From Malacoraja senta (lineage: Eukaryota), in NCBI GenBank assembly GCA_038087875.1, contig JAXLNO010000638.1, positions 1 to 64,000 of the forward strand: a stretch of DNA of 64,000 nucleotides, written 5' to 3'. Both the position numbers and the translations under genes were made by a program. Positions 24,301 to 35,985 of this stretch are shown one piece after another. How positions within the stretch are numbered: the first letter of the stretch is position 1; every line of letters starts with the position of its first letter. The notes below the pieces were generated by a model. That model saw nothing but the letters and a program-made list of their open reading frames with translations, was not told where the DNA came from and ran no database searches.

Positions 24301-25189
24301 TTCGTTTAGTCCTTCTATTATAGATAAAGCTTATACACAATGGGATAGACTAGGTATTAAAATGCTTGGTGACTTGTATGAAACTGGAAAATTACTTTCA
24401 TTTCAACAATTACAAATAAAATATAAACTCGGAAATAATCAATATTTTAAATATTTTCAAATATGCGACTATTTGAAAAAATATACAAAAGATCATTATA
24501 ATAATCCAGTAGATGTATTGGACGAGGCAATGCAGATAAAAGCGGAATCAGCAAACTTAATATCATATTTGTATAATATTATTTTAAATGTACAAATACC
24601 ACCTACGGAGGGTATCAGAAGAGACTGGGAACAAGAGTTAGCTATTAAAATTTCAAAGGAAAGTTGGAATGAATACTTATTAAACGTGCATAAATGCTCG
24701 ATTAATGTAAGACACACTTTAATACAATTTAAAATTTTACATAGATTATATTATTCGAAAACTAAAATTCATAAAATTTTCCCAAACGTATCATCTATTT
24801 GTGATAAATGTCAATCCCAAGAAGCAACTATAGCGCACTCATTTGTCTTCTGTACAAAAATTCAAAAATGTTGGAATGAAATTTTTGAAATCTTTACAAA
24901 GTTATTTAAAACAAGACTGATACCCAAAGCAGAATGGATTATCTTCGGAATAACGGAAGATGATCCAGAACTAAATGTGTTTCAAAAGAAATTAATGGAC
25001 TATGGGTTAATAACTGGAAAAAAGCTAATTCTAAAATTTTGGAAGAAGGCTCCAATACCAACTATAAATATGTGGATTTCAAATATGTTTGAAACATTAC
25101 ACCTAGAAGAGATAAGACTCCTCCTAGCAGGTAAACCAGATCACTTCCACCTGACGTGGTCTGCATTTATAGAATTATTACAAACATAG
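21398..25189 (+). CDS. L1 ORF2p (APE endonuclease, reverse transcriptase, CCHC), 1263 aa
   Basis: SWNIRG, LQETH, GDFN, RIDY, SDH; PGPDG, DAEKAFD, RQGCSLSP, YADD; CDKC..H....C. No stop codons. Confidence 0.97.
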   Translation: MHDTTQKNLGGISFCSWNIRGINEPIKRGKILAQLKMYNSDITFLQETHLKPQDQVRLRAKWIGQTYHSSFTSKSRGTSIIIRKGIPFKAKNIITDIEGRYLIVNGEIHDTPLTLVNIYAPNFDNPHFFNKIFNIIAESNYQNVIIGGDFNCVLDPYLDKSSQKQRGNMKSKTGELLNTYINNTNIADVWRIVNPTGREYSFYSMVHKTYSRIDYFLLDTKLIPQTSNAIYHTNSISDHSPLTFFLKLEGLSKNKSFWRFNSQILKDPQASIYLKEQMEVFFQTNDTSDISPTLLWESFKAYIRGIIISYQAFQNKKNKNEQRQLEELIRQMDIDNAKDPSIDKHNKIIILKFKLNKLLSAKLIRLFQITKQEHFEFGDKPHKLLARQLKKREKEHTIPKIKSDKGELLTTPKDINKRFAQFYENLYTSKTIIDSNNITKFLDTCNLPKLELKEQEELGAQISIKELEDTINSLKNGKTPGPDGFTNEFYKSFYDKIIPRLQKMYQYAFKKRILPDTLAESTITLIPKKNKDLEEPGSYRAIALLNTDQKILAKTLARRLSKYISKLINPDQTGFIPKRYSSNNMRRLLNIMHSHKSEDQELSIISLDAEKAFDQVEWNYMDKVLQKFQLGENFILWIKLLYNKPTARILTNNILSSKFQLSRGNRQGCSLSPQLFALIIEPLAEKIRIHPDIHGYNTKDSYNKISLYADDILLYITKPQITIPNILNLIEDFGSFSGYRINWNKSEIMSIKPKDSTHLLKFPFKIATEKFKYLGIEITRTYQGMFRANFDPLLNKLNTLIKFWKTLPMSLIGRINAIKMIFLPQILYLFQSIPIYVPKKFFKKLDSDITNFIWDYKSHRIQKTHLNKPKVLGGLALPNFMYYYWSVNIKNMIQLMDNSAQQVDWIVMEKEDCSSRNIGAILLSPMKLNNINYNKNPIIHSTICIWKQIKQNLKLRNLSLLLPIVNNPSFSPSIIDKAYTQWDRLGIKMLGDLYETGKLLSFQQLQIKYKLGNNQYFKYFQICDYLKKYTKDHYNNPVDVLDEAMQIKAESANLISYLYNIILNVQIPPTEGIRRDWEQELAIKISKESWNEYLLNVHKCSINVRHTLIQFKILHRLYYSKTKIHKIFPNVSSICDKCQSQEATIAHSFVFCTKIQKCWNEIFEIFTKLFKTRLIPKAEWIIFGITEDDPELNVFQKKLMDYGLITGKKLILKFWKKAPIPTINMWISNMFETLHLEEIRLLLAGKPDHFHLTWSAFIELLQT

Positions 25190-26270
25190 GGTGCAAAAGT
25201 ACTTTAAAAAAATAAAAAATTGAGGTCAGGTAAGGGGGGATGATAGTTGAAGAGTTGGTATGTCCTATTTACGTGATGCTCAAAAAAACATTTGTTTCTC
25301 TTTTTTTCTCTTTCTCTTTTCTTTTCTTAGGGCCTATTTCTTAACTCTTTTTCTTTTTGTTTTTAATTTCGCTCTTATAGGGTCTTCGTCCTTTTTTGTT
25401 GTTACATTTTCTACACTTTTCTACACTTGCACTTTTTCCTTCACTTTCTTCTTTCTTTCAATCTTTTCTTTTTCTAGTGTAAAAAAATAAATAAAGGGAG
25501 TACATTAATTGTAAGAAGATATAAATGACGAGTATTAATGTATGTGGTTGTAATGTAATGTACTTCTAATAAATAAAAATAAAAAAAAATAAAATAAAAA
25601 AAATAAAAAATAAAATAAAAAAAAATAACGGGACAGGTTATAATCTGACATAATCTCATATAGTCGGACACGGTTAAAATATTATGGCGTCAACTCATCT
25701 GAACGTGATTACACCCAGTCAATTAACATATGAAGGGCAGTCATGTTATAATGAAGGGAACACACCAATAACATTATGCACAGCAAGGAAACAACTGGAT
25801 CATCAGATTCAGTGATGCACACTCAGTGATAAGCATTAGTCAGGTCATCAGAGTGAACCGCCCTGTCCTTGGTCCAATAGCATCAGCAGACTAATTACAT
25901 TCATCTTTCGTTTGATACCTCAGCTGAAAGGTAACATGATTTTGAGAAACGGAACTCACATTTGACCAACTTAATGCAGTTATTTAAAGCATCATGAGCT
26001 GTAGAACCAGGGCATACTGTACACTGTACCTCAGTAATCTGAGACATTTGCTAAAGTGTGGACATAAAATATTACTATTGAAGGTAAAGGCTCAGGTGTA
26101 GACAGTAACATATACTGTAGATAGAAACATGGCTGGCTACTAGGCAGCAGAGAACAAGCATAAATGGGTCTCTGAGCAGCAAGATATTATTGGGCGGTAT
26201 GCGAGAGAGGTCAGTGCTCATACCACAGAGTACGGGTGCAATAATTGTGTGGAAAAGTAAGCTTGTGTTT

Positions 26271-26485
26271 GGGCAGCACGGTGGCGCAGCGGTAGAGTTG
26301 CTGCCTTACAGCGCTAGAGATCCGATTCGATCCTGACCACGGGTGCTCTCTGTTCTGAGTTTGTACATTCTCCCCATGACCTATGTGAGTTTTCTCCCGA
26401 ATCTCCAGTTTTCTCCCACACTCCAAAGACCTACAGGTTTGTAGGTTAATTGACTTGGTATAATTGTAAATTGTCTCTAGTTGTT
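26271..26485 (+). mobile_element. HE1/V-SINE-type SINE (3'-truncated)
   Basis: gggcagcacggtggcgcagcggtagag A box followed by the V-domain. Confidence 0.85.
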
Positions 26486-26489
26486 TCAA

Positions 26490-26773
26490 GGCTTCAAAGT
26501 CAGTTTATTGTCACATGTACCACTTAAGGCACAGTGGAATTCTAATTACCATACAGCCATACGAGAAAAAAAGCAACAAGACACACCACAACATAAAAGT
26601 TAACATAAGCCTCCACCTCAGCAGATTCCCCACGATCCTCACTGTGATGGAAGGCAATAAAGTCCAATCTTCTCCCTCTTTACTCTCCCGCGGTCGGGGC
26701 AGTCGAACCATCCAGTCGGGGCATTCGAAACTACCACAGCCGGCCGTTGAAGCTCCCGCGTCAGGGCGTTTGC
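26490..26773 (-). mobile_element. 3' part of a non-coding GC-rich retroelement related to the 59673 and 61477 copies
   Basis: Shares cctcactgtgatggaaggcaa and a tttattgtca-type 3' end. Confidence 0.6.
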
Positions 26774-29700
26774 AACATAGAAACATAGAAAATAGGTACA
26801 GGAGTAGGCCATTCGGCCCTTCGAGCCTGCACCGCCATTCAATATGATCATGGCTGATCATCCAACTCAGCATCCTGTACCTGCCTTCTCTCCATACCCC
26901 CTGATCCCTTTAGCCACAAGGGCCACATCTAACTCCATCTTAAATATAGCCAATGAACTGGCCTCTACTACCTTCTGTGGCGGAGAATTCCACAGATTCA
27001 CCACTCTCTGTGTAAAAAATGATTTTCTCATCTCGGTCCTAAAGGACTTCCCCCTTATCCTTAAACTGTGACCCCTTGTTCTGGACTTCCCCAACACCGG
27101 GAATAATCTTCCTGCATCTAGCCTGTCCAACCCCTTAAGAATTTTGTAAGTTTCTATAAGATCCCCCCTCAATCGTCTAAATTCTAGCGAGTACAAGCTG
27201 AGTCTATCCAGTCTTTCTTCATATGAAAGTCCTGCCATCCCATGAATCAGTCTGGTGAACCTTCTCTGTACTCCCTCTATGGCAAGAATGTCTTTCCTCA
27301 GATTAGGAGACCAAAACTGTACGCAATACTCCAGGTGTGGTCTCACCAAGACCCTGTACAACTGCAGTAGAACCTCCCTGCTCTTATACTCAAATACATT
27401 TGCTATGAAAGCTAACGTACCATTCACTTTCTTCACTGCCTGCTGCACTTGCATGCCTACTTTCAATGACTGGTGTACCATGACACCCAGGTCTCATTGC
27501 ATCTCCCCTTTTCCTAATCGGCCACCATTCAGATAATAGTCTACTTTCCTGTTTTTGCCACCAAAGTGGATAACCTCACACTTATCCATATTATACTGCA
27601 TCTGCCATGCATTTGCCCACTCACCCAACCTATCCAAGTCACCTTGCAGCCTCCTAGCATCCACCTCACAGCTAACACTGCCCCCCAGCTTCGTGTCATC
27701 CGCAAACTAGGAGATGTTGCATTCAATTCCCTCATCCAGTTAATTAATATATATTGTAAATAGCTGGGGTCCCAGCACTGAGCCTTGCGGTACCCCACTA
27801 GTCACTGCCTGCCATTCTGAAAAGGACCCGTTTACTCCTACACTTTGCTTCCTGTCTGCCAGCCAGTTCTCTATCCACATCAATACTGAACCCCCGATAC
27901 CGTGTGCTTTAAGATTGCATACTAATCTCTTATGTGGGACCTTGTCAAAAGCCTTCTGAAAGTCCAGATATAACACATCCACGAGTTCTCCCTTATCAAC
28001 TCTACTAGTTACATCCTCGAAAAATTCTATAAGATTCGTCAGACATGATTTACCTTTCATAAATCCATGCTGACTTTGTCCAATGAATTCACCACTTTCC
28101 AAATGTGCTGCTATTCCATCTTTAATAACTGACTCTCGCATTGTCCCCACTACTGATGTTAGACTAACTGGTCTGTAATTCCCCGTTTTCTCTCTCCCTC
28201 CATTTTTAAAAAGTGGGGTTACATTAGCTACCCTCCAATCCTCAGGAACTACTCCAGAATCTAAAGAGTTTTGAAAAATTATCACTAATGCATGCACTAT
28301 TTCTGGAGCTACTTCCTTAAGAATGCTGGGATGCAACTTATCTGGCCCTGGGGATTTATCGGCCTTTAATCCATTCAATTTACCTAACCACTTCCCGGCT
28401 AACCTGGATTTCACTCAGTTCCTCCATCTCATTTGACCCCCGGTCCCCTGCTATTTCCGGCAGATTATTTATGTCTTCCTCAGTGAAGACAGAACCTAAG
28501 TAGTTATTCAATTGGTCTGCCATGTCCTTGTTCCCCATGATCAATTCGCCTGTTTGTGACTGCAAGGGACCTACATTTGTTTTAATTAATCTTTTTCTCT
28601 TCACATATCTATAAAAACTTTTGCAATCAGTTTTTATGTTCCTTGCCAGTTTTCTTTCATAATCTATTTTCCCTTTCCTAATTAAGCCATTTGTCCTCCT
28701 CTGCTGGATTCTGAATTTCTCCCAGTCCCCTGGTAGCCTGCTTTACTGGCTAATTTGTATGCTTCATCTTTTGTTTTGATACTATCCCTGATTTCCCTTG
28801 TTATCCACGGATGCACTACCTTCCCTGATTTATTCTATTGCCAAACTGGGATGAACAATTGTTGTACTTCATCCATACAGTCTTTAAATGCCTTCCATTG
28901 CATATCCACCGTCAACCCTTTAAGAATCAATTGCCAGTCTATCTTGGCCAATTGACGTTTCATACCCTCAAAGTTACCTTTCTTTATGTTCAGGACCCTT
29001 GTTTCTGAATTAACAATGTCACTCTCCATCCTAATGAAGAACTCAACCATATTATGGTCACTCTTGCCCAAGGGGCCATGCACAACACGACTGCTAACTA
29101 ACCCTTCCTCATTACTCAATACCCAGTATAGAATAGCCTGCTCTCTCGTTGGTTCCTCTACATGTTGGTTTAGAAAACTATCCCGCATACATTCCAAGAA
29201 ATCCTCTTCCTCAGCACCCTGCCAATTTGATTCACCCAATCTATATGTAGATTGAAGTCACCCATTATAACTGTTTTGCCTTTGTTGCACGCATTTCTAA
29301 TTTCCTGTTTGATGCCACCCCCAATTCCACTACTACTGTTAGGTGGCCTGTACACAACTCCCACTAGCGTTTTCTGCCCCTTAGTGTTTCGTAGCTCTAC
29401 CCATATCGATTCCACATCCTCCAAGCTAATGTCCTTCCTTTCTATTGCGTTAATCTTCTCTCTAACCAGCAACGCTACCCCACCTCTTTTCCTTTCTGTC
29501 TATCCCTCCTGAATATTGAATATCCCTGGATGATCAGCTCCCAGCCTTGGTCACCCTGGAGCCATGTCTCCGTGATCCCAACTATATCATATTCATTAAT
29601 AACTATCTGCACATTCAACTCATCCACCTTATTACGAATGCTCCTTGCATTGAGATACAAAGCCTTCAGGCTTGTTTTTACAACACTCTTACCCCTTATA

Positions 29701-29848
29701 CAATTATGTTGAAAAGTGGCCCTTTTTGATTTTTGCCCTGGATTTGTCTGCCTGCCACTTTTACTTTTCACCTTGCTACCTATTGCTTCTACCCTCATTT
29801 TACACCCCTCAGTCTCGCTGCTCTTGCACCCATCCCCCTGCCACATTA

Positions 29849-30792
29849 GTTTAAATCCTCCCCAACAGCACTAGCAAACACTCCCCCAGGACATTGGTTC
29901 CATTCCAGCCCAGCTGCAGACCGTCCTGTTTGTACTGGTCCCACCTCCCCCAGAACTGGTTCCAATGCCCTAGAAATTTGAATCCCTCCCCCTTGCACCA
30001 TTTTTCAAGCCATGTATTCATCTGCAATATCCTCCTATTTCTACTCTGACTAACCCGTGGCACTGGTAGTAATTCAGAGATTATTACCTTTGAGGTCCTA
30101 CTTTTAAGTTTATCTCCTAGCTCCCTAAATTCACCTTGTAGGACCTCATCCTGTTTTTTACCTATATCGTTGGTGCCAATGTGCACCACGACAACTGGCT
30201 GTTCATCCTACCTCTCCAGAATGTTCTGCAGCCGTTCAGTGACATCCTTGACCCTTGCACCAGGGAGGCAACATACCATCCTGGAGTCTCGTTTGCGGCC
30301 ACAGAAACGACTATCTATTCCCCTTACAATTGAATCCCCTATTACTCTTGCCCTTCCACTCTTTTTCCTCCCCTCCTGTGCCGCAGAACCACCTATGGTG
30401 CCATGAACTTGGCTGCTGCTGCCTTCCCCTGATGAGCCATCTCCCCCAACAGTATCCAAAATGGTATATTTGTTTAGGAGGGAGATGACCGCAGGGGACT
30501 CCTGCACTACCTGCCTACTGCTACGCTGGCTATTGGCCACCCGTTCCCTTTCTGTCCACTTAACTTTTACCTGCGGTGTGACCAACTCACTGTACGTGCT
30601 ATTCACGACATTCTCAGCATCGTGGATGCTCCAGTATGAATCCAACTGCAGCTCCAATCGTTCAATGCGGTCTGCCAGGAGCTGCAGCTGGACACACTTC
30701 CTGCAAATGTAGTCACCAGGGACACCGACCATATCCCTGATCTCCTACATGTTGCAGGATGAGCAAACCATGGGGCCGATCTCAACTGACAT
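29849..30792 (-). pseudogene. CR1 ORF1: zinc finger/leucine zipper plus SGNH esterase-like domain
   Basis: MSVEIGPMVCSSCNM*...YICRKC, VIGDSIVR, HIGTND and DGLQL; contains stop codons. Confidence 0.85.
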
Positions 30793-30870
30793 GGCTTGCC
30801 CCCAAATTAAATCAACTCACTCACACTATAAAAAATCTTAATCCTTTAAACTGTACCTTTACTATAAAGC

Positions 30871-31131
30871 ATTGTCCCCTTAACTCACTGTACCCTTAGC
30901 TCACTGAACCCTTAGCTCACTGTCCCCTTACTCACTGTCCCCTTACTCACTGTCCCAAAACTCACTGTCCCCTTAGCTCACTGTCCCCTTAGCTCACTGT
31001 CCCCTTAGCTCACTGTCCCCTTAACTCACTGTACCCTTAGCTCACTGAACCCTTAGCTCACTGTCCCCTTACTCACTGTCCCCTTACTCACTGTCCCAAA
31101 ACTCACTGTCCCCTTAGCTCACTGTCCCCTT
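30871..31131. repeat. Minisatellite (15-16 bp unit CTCACTGTCCCCTTAG) in the CR1 5' UTR
   Basis: About 16 tandem units; the order of unit variants repeats at 30880 and 31021. Confidence 0.9.
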
Positions 31132-31554
31132 AACCAGAAAGCAGAAATGCAAACCTGGGGTTTCTCCCAATCAGCTGCTTCCTCTAGTCCGCTTCCACCA
31201 ATCAGCGGCTTCCACCAGAACACTTCCTTTGAAGTGTGGAACGTTACAGATTGGGCTCCTCCTCTCGCTCCAACGGCTCCTCAGCCTCTGTGGAGTAAAG
31301 CCCCGCGCTCGAGTTTATAACTCACTGCCCGGAAACTCCTCCTCTCGCTCCAACGGCTCCTCAGCCTCTGCACAAGAGTCAGCACAAATAAAATGTGTTG
31401 GTTGTATAACATTGTGCACTACCTCCAGTGATGTTTCTGTTAAAACAAGTAACTAAAATATACTGTGAACATGTTAATGTGTTAGCCCATTATTGTTGGC
31501 AGCCCTAACTTCAAGCTGTAGGTGAAAGCTCTTTCCATCAAGAAGTGTATTTAG

Positions 31555-32165
31555 AGTCATCAAGTCAGGGCCTTCAGTCCAAATTTCCCATGTCGACCAA
31601 GATGCTCCATCTACGTTAGTCCCATTCGCACGCGTACAGGTCATGTACCTCTAAGCCCTTCCTATCCATGTTCCTGTCCAGGAAAGAACTGCAGATGCTG
31701 GTTTTAATCAAAGATAGACACAAAATGCTGGAGTAACTCAATGGGACAGGCAGCATCTCCGGAGAGAAGGAATGGGTGATGTTTTGGGTCGAGACCCTTC
31801 TTCAGACTGAAGAAAGGTCTCGACCCGAAATGTCACCCATTCCTTCTCTCCAGACTGAAGAAGGGTCTCGGCCCGAAGCATCACCCATTCCTTCTCTCCA
31901 GAGATACTGCCTGTCCCACTGAGTTACTCCAGCATTTTGTGTCTACCCATGTCCCTGTCCAAATGTATTTTAAATGTTATCATGGTACCAGCCTCAACTA
32001 CCTCCTCTGCCAGCTAGTTCCATATACCCACCACTCTGTGTGTGAAAAAGTTGCCCCTCAGGTTTCTATCAAGTCTTTGCCCTCTCACCTTACGCATATG
32101 ACCTCTGGTTCTTGATTCCCTTACCCTGGTGCATTCACTTATCTATTCACCCTTGTGAGTTCCCC
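31555..32165 (-). mobile_element. CR1 3' fragment interrupted by a Penelope-derived palindrome
   Basis: ctaagcccttcctatccatg...cctcaactacctcctctg...ctctggttcttgattccc matches the other CR1 3' ends in the window. Confidence 0.75.
31681..31946. mobile_element. Palindromic Penelope-pLTR-derived mini-element with hammerhead-like motifs
   Basis: Inverted repeat centred on cttcagactgaag; 15-bp TSD ccatgt(t/c)cctgtcca (31666-31680 / 31947-31961). Confidence 0.8.
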
Positions 32166-33322
32166 ATAAGTACTTACTTAGCAAGTTTAACGTTTGATCT
32201 TCCTGCCATTTAAAATTGTCATTGCAGCCCCTGGAGTTATAGAAATTGCAGAACAATGCCTTAAATCTCCTCTACTATTTTAGATCTGCAAATTAGAAGA
32301 AATTTGTCACAAGCAGGACTCAAAACTGCCGCTGTTCTCTCCAGTGCAATATTAATGTGTTGAACTTGCATGTAACTTAAGTCACATCTTTTAAGACTTT
32401 GTTAATCCAGCCATTAGAAAACTTGCTGGATGTAACATTAATGTCATGGTAGATGAATGCTAGCAATCACATCAGGACGATCAGACAGTGCTTCACAGTC
32501 TAGTGCTCAGATGGAAATAATGTGAATATCACGACATATCATGAACGAACAGCAAGATGTATAAGCGTCTGTTTATTACCTGCAGCTAGATTTTCTCATG
32601 TGGCTTTGCAGACAAGTGGTCCAGTGCATGACTGCTCATTTTTCGTGGGAAATTGGAACCGTGTTTGACTTGCTTGCTGTCTGGTGGTCGATATCCAAGC
32701 ACCCTGTGTGTAAGACCACAAGCAAGCTCAAGAAGCCAGTTAGAAGCTAGTTGTTAATGGAGGTTAAAGTAGTCCGACAATGCTCAAAAGTCATTGTTTC
32801 CCATTGTTAGCTTCAGAAAAGCACATCTATGACAGGATTTATTTTCATTTAGTTAATACTTTTAATACAGTGCCGTGTTACAATCAAGTAATGGAAGCGG
32901 ATATAGGTGTAGAGCAGAGAAACGGAAGGAAGGCTATTTTTAACTTCTCCACAGAAAAATGATAGCTTCTCCTTATCAGAGTATTTGTACGTGTTATCAG
33001 GTTAATGATATTCACAGGCCAAATATAGAACTGTTCCAGTCTGAGCAGAGAAAGGACAAGCTTTGTTGGAAGTGCAATGAAAACGTAAAACTTATTTTTG
33101 GCATGTTGGCAAGTGGTATGAAGAATTAGCGTGATGAAATTGGGTCTGTGGAAGTGTACCTGCCTTGAACATTGTGTTTAACCAATAACTCCACAATCTA
33201 GAAGACTCTGAAGAAAGGTCCCAATCCTCCACAGAAGCTACCTGACCCGCTGAGTTCCTCCAGCTCTCCACACTCTAACTGCTGACTTGCATCAACATTA
33301 AATTGATGTTAATAAGTTGTAG

Positions 33323-33830
33323 AAGCAGAATTAGGCCATTCGGCCGATCAAGTCTACTCTGCCATTTAATCATGGTGATCTATCTTTTCCTCTCAACCTC
33401 ATTCTCCAGCCTTCTCCCCATCAGCCATGATCATATTGAATGGCGGTGCAGGCTCGAAGGGCCGAATGGCCTACTCCTGCACCTATTTTCTATGTATCTA
33501 TGACCCCTTGCACCCTTATTCATCAAAATCTATCAATCTCTGCCTTAAAAATATCCATTGACTTGGCCTCCACATCCTTCTGTGGCAATGAATTCCACTG
33601 ATTCACCGCCCTCTGACTAAAGAAATTCCTCCTCATCTCCTTTGTAAAGGTACGTCCTTTTATTCTGAGGCAATGGCCTCTGGTCCTCAACTCTCAGACT
33701 AGTGGAAACATCCTCTCCACATGCACTCTATCCAGACCCTTCACTATTCAGTAATTTCAATGCCCCCCCCCCCTCATTCTTCTAAACTCCACAAGTGCCG
33801 TCAAACACTCATCATATGTTAACCCAATCA
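33323..33830 (-). mobile_element. CR1 3' fragment with a tiny opposite-strand CR1 tail (about 33419-33502) inserted
   Basis: CR1 3' UTR/RT C-terminal sequence on the minus strand, with an embedded plus-strand stem-loop and tctatgtatctatg tail. Confidence 0.75.
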
Positions 33831-33909
33831 TTACAAATTCACAACATTGAGTAGTCAGGGAAACAAAATATTTTCATTAACAATATTTAAGAAAAGTCAC
33901 TTCCAAACA

Positions 33910-34625
33910 TAATGGTGCAGCTGTGAGGGAGTGCTGCTGCCTCATAGTGCCAGAGACCTGGATTTGATCCTGACCTTGGGTGCTGTCTGTGTATGTGGAG
34001 TTTGCACGTTCTCCCTGTGACAGTGGGGCTCCTCCTGGTGTTTTGGTTTCTTCCCACATCCCAAAATACATGAGGGTTTGTAGATTAATTGGCCTCTGTA
34101 AATTGTCCTGAGTGCTTTGGGAGTGGATGAGAAAGTGGAATAACATAGAACCAGTGTGTCCAGTGGTCGGCATGGTCTCTGGGCTGAAGGGCCTGTTTCC
34201 ATACTATATCAATGAATCAATCAATATCAGTACATAATATAGGTCACTCTGGACTGCAATTCAAAAGGACCAAGATGTCAGTCTAAGCCCAGTGTTATCA
34301 CCTTCATCTCAGTAGAGGCTTTAGTTTAGTTTAGTTTAAAATACCAGGCCCTTCGGCCTACCGAGCCTGTGCCGACCAGCGATCCCCGCACACTAACACT
34401 GTTGTACACATAATAGGGACAATTTATAATTTTACCAAGCTAATTAATCTACAGATCTGTACGTCTTTGGAGTGTGGGAGGAATCCGGAGCACCCGGAGA
34501 AAACCCACTCAGGACCCGGGGAGAATATACAGTCTTCGCACAGACAAGTACCCGTAGTCGGGATCGAACCCGGGTCCCTGGCGCTGTAAGGCAGCAACTC
34601 TGCCGCTGCGCCACCGTGCCGCCCC
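33910..34625. mobile_element. Two HE1/V-SINE-type SINEs (about 33910-34215 plus; about 34320-34625 minus)
   Basis: tRNA-like heads, V-domain and gaagggcctg tails. Confidence 0.8.
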
Positions 34626-34639
34626 AGGCTTTAGCTGCG

Positions 34640-34860
34640 ACTGCTGCAGTGCAGTGAGGGAGGCAGGGATGCTCTTTCGGAAATGCTCATTTTTCAGAGG
34701 AGACGTTAAACCAAGTCTCGGCCATCCCTCTCTGGACATGAAATATCCTAGGTACTATTCAAAGAGGAGTGGAAGAGTTTCCCCAGTGACCTGGCCAACA
34801 TGACCATCCGGTTGCCTGATCATTATCACATTGCTGTTTGTGGGAGCTTGCTGGTGGTAG
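34640..34860 (+). mobile_element. Ancient Deu-domain SINE (SacSINE1/AmnSINE-like) remnant
   Basis: gagacgttaaacc...tactattc.aagaggag...ccccagtg.cctggccaa...tcattatcacattgctgtttgtgggagcttgctg resembles the Deu domain as I recall it. Confidence 0.65.
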
Positions 34861-35005
34861 ATCTACTGCACAGGTCACATTCCCCACAACACAACACCAA
34901 CATTATTTCAATGCCGAGATCATTTTAACACATTTTGAGCTTGTAAAGGGAATTGCAAAAATATATTTATTTTAACATGGTGGCACAGTTGTTAATCTGG
35001 TTAGT

Positions 35006-35985
35006 ATTTTGCAGATGACACCAACATTGGTGGTATAGTAGACAATGAACAGGGTTATCTAACATTACAACATGATCTAGATGAACTGGGGAAGTAAATG
35101 AAGGAATGGCAGATGGAATTTAACTTGGTAAAGTGTGAGTTACTGCATTCTGGTAAGTTAAACCTTGTGCAGTGAAGGGCGGGACTCTGGAGAGTGTAAT
35201 GGGACAGAGAGACTGAGATACGGCGGTATAGTTCCCAGAAGTGGTAATAAGATAGATAGGGTGGTGAAGAAGGCTTGAGGCACACTTGTTTGCATTGGTC
35301 AGCACATTCAGTACTGGAGTGAAGATGGTATGTGGCAGCAATACAAGGTGGTGAGACCACACTTGGAGTTTTGTGCATAGTTCTAGTCACCTAGTTGTAG
35401 GAAAGATGTTGTTAAGTTGAAAAGCATCTGCAGTTCACAAGGATATTACCGGATTGGAGGGCTTGAACTGTAAGGAGAGACAGGATAGGTTGGGGCTTTT
35501 CCCCTGGAACATAGGAGGCTGAGGGATGACCTTATAGAGCTATATAAAATCATGAGGGCACAGATAAGGTGTGTGATCACAGTGCTGTTCGCCGGGTAGG
35601 GCAGTCTAAATCTAGAGGACATAGAAAGAGATCTGAGAGGCAATGTTTTTGTGTGGATATATTGAACATGCTGCCAGAGGAAATTATAGAGGTGGCCACA
35701 AAACACTCTTTCAAGATAGACAAAATTGCTGGAGAAACTCAGCGGGTGAGGCAGCATCTATGGAGCGAAGGAAATAGGCAACGTTTCGGGCTGAAACCCT
35801 TCTTCAGCCCAAAACGTTACCTATTTCCTTCGCTCCATAGATGCTGCCGCACCCGCTGAGTTTCTCCAGCAATTTTCTCTACCTTCGATTTTCCAGCATC
35901 TGCAGTTCCTTCTTGAACACTCTTTCAAGACCTTTGTGCAGATACATGGATAGAAAAGGTTCAGAGGGATATGGGCCAAATCAAG
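35006..35985 (+). mobile_element. Old CR1 RT/3' fragment
   Basis: tttgcagatgacaccaa (FADDT), gtgagaccacacttggag and gagggatatgggcc. Confidence 0.8.
35717..35915. mobile_element. Palindromic Penelope-pLTR-derived mini-element
   Basis: About 75-bp inverted arms; minus-strand CTGAAGA...GAAACGTT core; perfect 15-bp TSD AACACTCTTTCAAGA (35702-35716 / 35916-35930). Confidence 0.85.

Larger units (their letters stand above)
19333..25623 (+). mobile_element. Full-length L1 retrotransposon with two intact ORFs
   Basis: 14-bp TSD AATAACGGGACAGG (19319-19332 / 25624-25637); CpG-rich 5' end (gg)acttccggtggcgtcatg; ORF1, an 800-bp spacer, ORF2, 3' UTR and A-rich tail. Confidence 0.96.
26774..31370 (-). 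mobile_element. Near full-length decayed CR1 LINE (5' UTR, ORF1, ORF2, tail)
   Basis: Collinear ORF fragments: EN (YLNARSI, ITETW, GDFN, SDH) and RT (QGSVLGP, FADD). Tail at 26774. Confidence 0.95.

Noticed and set aside
26271..26345. tRNA genes at SINE heads
   Set aside because: A/B boxes are followed by the V-domain and a LINE-like tail, so these are SINEs rather than tRNAs.
30871..31131. Regular short repeats resembling a CRISPR array
   Set aside because: The units are contiguous with no unique spacers; the context is a eukaryotic CR1 5' UTR with no cas genes.
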